This document shows positions 43,733 through 46,441 of a stretch of DNA of 46,441 nucleotides, one piece after another. The DNA comes from Chloroflexota bacterium (lineage in GTDB: Bacteria; Chloroflexota; Dehalococcoidia; UBA2979), in NCBI GenBank assembly GCA_009840965.1, contig VXMT01000159.1, forward strand, positions 1 to 46,441, read 5' to 3'. Made by a program: the position numbers and the translations under genes. The notes below the pieces were generated by a model, which was not told the origin of the DNA, did no database searches, and saw only the letters and a program-made list of their open reading frames with translations. Each line of letters opens with the position of its first letter. Within the stretch, counting starts at the first letter, position 1.

Positions 43733-43856
43733 TGGTTCCCCCGTACATGCGCACTCCGACTATAGGCCAGGGCTGTTGTGGCGCCGCCCGTCGCGAGCCC
43801 GCTAGCATGCGTTCCCCCTCGCAGTCAGCGGCCACGCCGCGGAAGGGCCATCCCCA

Positions 43857-45089
43857 ATGTCCGACGAGAGCCAGGAGAGCCAGTACTCGATCCGCTACAC
43901 GAACCCGATCTACGGCGAGGAGGAGATCGCCGCCGTCGTCGAGGCGCTGCGCAACGAACCCGAGCTGCAGGTGGGTCCGCGCGTGCGCGAGATGGAGAGC
44001 CGCGTCGCGGCGATGTTCGACAAGAAGTACGGCGTCATGACCAACTCCGGCACCTCGGCGCTCTACCTCGCCGTCGAGCTGCTCGACCTGCCGCCGGGCA
44101 GCGAGATCATCACCTCGATCATCAGCTTCTCGGCGACGTTCGCGCCGATCGTGCGCGGCGGCTTCGTCGCCTCCTACGTGGACGTGGAGTTCGACACCTA
44201 CAACATCGACGTCGACAAGATCGAGGAGATGATCACGCCCAACACGCGGGCAATGCTGATCCCCAACCTGATCGGCAACGCGCCGGACTGGGAGAAGATC
44301 CGCGCCATCGCGGACCGTCACGACCTCAAGGTGATCGAGGACTCGGCGGACACGCTCGGCGCGGAGCTGCGAGGCAAGACGACCGGCACCTGGACCGACA
44401 TCAGCATGACGAGCTTCGCCCGCTCGCACATCATCACCAGCGGGGGCAGCGGCGGCCTCGTCGCCGTCAACAGCGAGGAGGAGTGGGACCGCGCCCTGCT
44501 GCTGCGCCGCTGGGGCCGCACCTCCGAGGTCCAGATGTTCGGCTCGAAGCAGGGCTCCGGCGATCGCTTCGAGGCCGTGATTGACGGCATCCCCTACGAC
44601 ACCTACTTCATCTTCGACGAGGTCGGCTGGAACTTCGAGCCCTCGGAGATGCACGCGGCGTTCGGGCTCGTGCAGCTCGGCAGGCTCAACGAGTTCTACG
44701 AGGCTCGCAAGCGGCGCTTCGACATGCACACGGACTTCTTCAACCTCGAGCGCATCAGCGAGCGCTTCGTGCCGGCGCGCCAGCTGGAGGACCTGAAGAC
44801 GAGCTGGATCTCCTACCCGCTGATGATCCGCGAGGACGCGGGGTTCAGCCGGGCCGAGTTCCAGCAGTACATGGAAGCGAACGGCGTCCAGACCCGGATG
44901 GTCTGGTCCGGCAACATCCTCCGCCAACCCGCGTTCAAGGACACCCCGCACAAGGCCGCCCCCGAGGGCTACCCGAACGCCGACCGGGTCATGGAGTACG
45001 GCCTGATCCTGCCCATGAGCCACGCCGTGCCGACAGACGACATCGAGCAGATCCACGGGCTGATCGACGAGTTCGTGCGGACGCGCTGA
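43857..45089 (+). CDS. DegT/DnrJ/EryC1-fold PLP/PMP enzyme of the sugar 3-dehydratase type (RfbH/E1/ColD-like)
   Basis: 410 aa. The RfbH-like pattern includes TNSGTSALYLA, IEDSADTLGA, SFARSHIITSGGSGG (His where aminotransferases have the Schiff-base Lys), RRWGR and VWSGNILRQPAF. The protein contains no cysteine. Confidence 0.7.
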   Translation: MSDESQESQYSIRYTNPIYGEEEIAAVVEALRNEPELQVGPRVREMESRVAAMFDKKYGVMTNSGTSALYLAVELLDLPPGSEIITSIISFSATFAPIVRGGFVASYVDVEFDTYNIDVDKIEEMITPNTRAMLIPNLIGNAPDWEKIRAIADRHDLKVIEDSADTLGAELRGKTTGTWTDISMTSFARSHIITSGGSGGLVAVNSEEEWDRALLLRRWGRTSEVQMFGSKQGSGDRFEAVIDGIPYDTYFIFDEVGWNFEPSEMHAAFGLVQLGRLNEFYEARKRRFDMHTDFFNLERISERFVPARQLEDLKTSWISYPLMIREDAGFSRAEFQQYMEANGVQTRMVWSGNILRQPAFKDTPHKAAPEGYPNADRVMEYGLILPMSHAVPTDDIEQIHGLIDEFVRTR

Positions 45090-45106
45090 GCGGGAGGCGA
45101 GCGGCC

Positions 45107-46297
45107 ATGGCGTACGGGGACACCGGGCACGACGAGGCGCTGCGAACGGCGTGGCACGCCTTCTGCGACCGACTCAAGGACGTGGGAGAGCTCGTCTTCG
45201 CGGACCCCGCACCGGCGACACCCCTCGAGCGCGCGGTCGGGCTGCAATACGTCGCCCGCAACATCTCGGCGGGGCTGGAGATCGGACTCGAGCACGCCGA
45301 TCCGCTGTTCCCGCAGCTGTTCCGCATGATGGGGCCGAACCGCAAGCGGGGCGGCGACAACCCGGACTGCGTCTACTATCTCGGGATCATCGACGGCAGC
45401 GAGACCTACCGCCTGGTCGGCAACCGCGGCGGCGCCCACTTTGTCGCATTCTCCGCGGTCCGGCCGCTGGAGACCATCCCGGAGGGCGAGGCGGCGGAGG
45501 TGGGACGGCTGCTCGGCGACGAGCTCGAGACCGGGTGGGACGGGAGCTTCGTCGTCACGGTCAGCCCCGACCCGCACCCCGGCAACTGGGTGCGCACGAC
45601 GCCCGAGGTCGACAAGGTCTGGATCCGCCAGTTCTACGGCGACTGGGAGCGCGAACAGCCGATGAACGTGCGCATCGAGCGCGTCGGCGCCGAGGGCGCG
45701 CCGCCGCGCCTCACGCCGGAGCGCCTGATCGAGGGCCTCGAGGCGGCCGTCGAGGAGATCCACGAGACCGTCGACTACTGGCGGGGCTGGCAGGAGCACT
45801 ATCGCGCCCAGCCCAACCAATTCCTCGAGTCCCCCACGGCGCGGAAGCTGGGCGCCGCCCCGGGCGGGCTGCCGCAGCACGTCTACTTCATGGTGCAGCC
45901 GGACGAGGCGCTGCTGATCGAGTTCACGCCCCCAGAGTGCTCCTACTGGAACTTCGAGCTGAACACCTACTGGATGACCTCGATCGACTATCGCTACCAC
46001 CTCTCCAGCATCAACGGCACGCAGGCCGTCCTGGAGGAGGACAGCTCTGTGATCCTCGTCGTCGCCCACGACGACCCCGGCGTCCCCAACTGGCTGGCGA
46101 CGGACGGGCACTGCGAGGGCCACATCGGGCTGCGCTGGATGCAGGCCGACTCGCAGCCGACCCCCGCCACGAGGCTGGTGAAGCTCGCCGACCTGCCCTC
46201 AGTCCTGCCGCCGGGCGCGCGGCGCATCGACGAGGCGGGGCGCAGGGAGCAGCTGCGCGGCAGGCGCATCGGCGTGGATCGGCGCTTCCGGATCTAG
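45107..46297 (+). CDS. Conserved hypothetical protein (possibly DUF1214-like)
   Basis: 396 aa with normal composition and coding-like third-position GC bias. Starts 17 nt after the preceding gene. I do not recognise a functional family with confidence. Confidence 0.5.
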   Translation: MAYGDTGHDEALRTAWHAFCDRLKDVGELVFADPAPATPLERAVGLQYVARNISAGLEIGLEHADPLFPQLFRMMGPNRKRGGDNPDCVYYLGIIDGSETYRLVGNRGGAHFVAFSAVRPLETIPEGEAAEVGRLLGDELETGWDGSFVVTVSPDPHPGNWVRTTPEVDKVWIRQFYGDWEREQPMNVRIERVGAEGAPPRLTPERLIEGLEAAVEEIHETVDYWRGWQEHYRAQPNQFLESPTARKLGAAPGGLPQHVYFMVQPDEALLIEFTPPECSYWNFELNTYWMTSIDYRYHLSSINGTQAVLEEDSSVILVVAHDDPGVPNWLATDGHCEGHIGLRWMQADSQPTPATRLVKLADLPSVLPPGARRIDEAGRREQLRGRRIGVDRRFRI

Positions 46298-46441
46298 CCC
46301 GTGTCGAGACCTTCGCGAACTCCCACAAGCCCGATCCGGCCCCCTCTCCCCCTGGGTGTTATACACCTCTACGAGCCCACGAGACAAGAGGCCAGAGTGA
46401 ATGGAGTGGAGGGGGTTTTGAAAATAAATCTGAGGGGGGGG

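Noticed and set aside
43695-46123. Long minus-strand ORFs 43695-45056 and 44969-46123
   Set aside because: They are antisense to the RfbH-like and hypothetical genes. Their composition is low-complexity and rich in Asp/Arg/Gly/Val/Leu/Ala, typical of shadow frames.
1-46441. Global reassignment of TGA (to Trp or Gly) as an alternative explanation for the two in-frame TGAs
   Set aside because: TGA terminates several well-delimited genes here at positions matching family lengths (for example 1220-1222, 3903-3905, 8288-8290). The two internal TGAs both align with catalytic Cys positions, which points to Sec rather than a code change.
1-46441. Search for rRNA, tRNA (including tRNA-Sec), CRISPR arrays, IS elements and integrases
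   Set aside because: Intergenic regions are all 165 nt or shorter, and none shows cloverleaf-like arms or spaced direct repeats. No ORF resembles a transposase or recombinase. The low-GC module therefore has no visible mobility genes.
46298-46441. Terminal 144 nt with an AT-richer purine-rich tail (…GGGGGTTTTGAAAATAAATCTGA followed by 8 G)
   Set aside because: No ORF, repeat partner or fold that I can support. The homopolymer at the very end looks like a contig-end or sequencing artefact. There is too little sequence to interpret.

Overview
This is a high-GC bacterial chromosomal segment (hand counts on single 60-nt lines give about 70-72% GC). It is densely coding on both strands, with about 40 supportable CDS. 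I saw no rRNA, tRNA, CRISPR array, transposase or integrase. Positions 1-36.3 kb form a redox/catabolic neighbourhood. It holds a partial CoxL/CoxM-like molybdenum-hydroxylase operon and a second, orphan Mo-hydroxylase large subunit. It also holds five luciferase-like (LLM, probably F420/flavin-dependent) oxidoreductases, SDR/MDR dehydrogenases, a type III CoA-transferase, a crotonase, an amidohydrolase and a lyase. Transport genes are several MFS transporters and an Opp/Dpp-type ABC importer (binding protein plus two permeases, no ATPase genes). Two HigB/HigA-style toxin-antitoxin modules interrupt this region. Three things stand out. (1) Two genes carry an in-frame TGA exactly at a redox-motif cysteine position. 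One is C-[TGA]-G-S-C in a 580-aa fusion protein followed by a thioredoxin-reductase-like flavoprotein. The other is [TGA]-P-W-C in a DsbA/FrnE-like protein. Each TGA is followed about 20 nt later by a GC-rich stem-loop, so these are probable selenoproteins that the ORF track splits or truncates. (2) A three-gene lower-GC module (about 53-63% on spot counts, 38.85-43.24 kb) encodes a sterol-24-C-methyltransferase-like enzyme, a GPP34(GOLPH3)-cytochrome P450 fusion and a divergent Rieske non-heme-iron oxygenase. It is flanked by an RND/MMPL transporter, an NTF2-like protein and a cysteine-free RfbH/ColD-like sugar dehydratase. This looks like a horizontally acquired tailoring module for a sterol-like lipid, but no cyclase is in the window. 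(3) Two NHL beta-propeller paralogs sit in two different catabolic operons. The composition, LLM richness, a Tat-lipoprotein binding protein and a leaderless-looking promoter fit Actinobacteria (Rubrobacter/Thermoleophilia-like) or Chloroflexi. That taxonomic placement is inference only. Many long Arg/Ala/Gly/Pro-rich ORFs in the six-frame track are high-GC shadow ORFs and were discarded.
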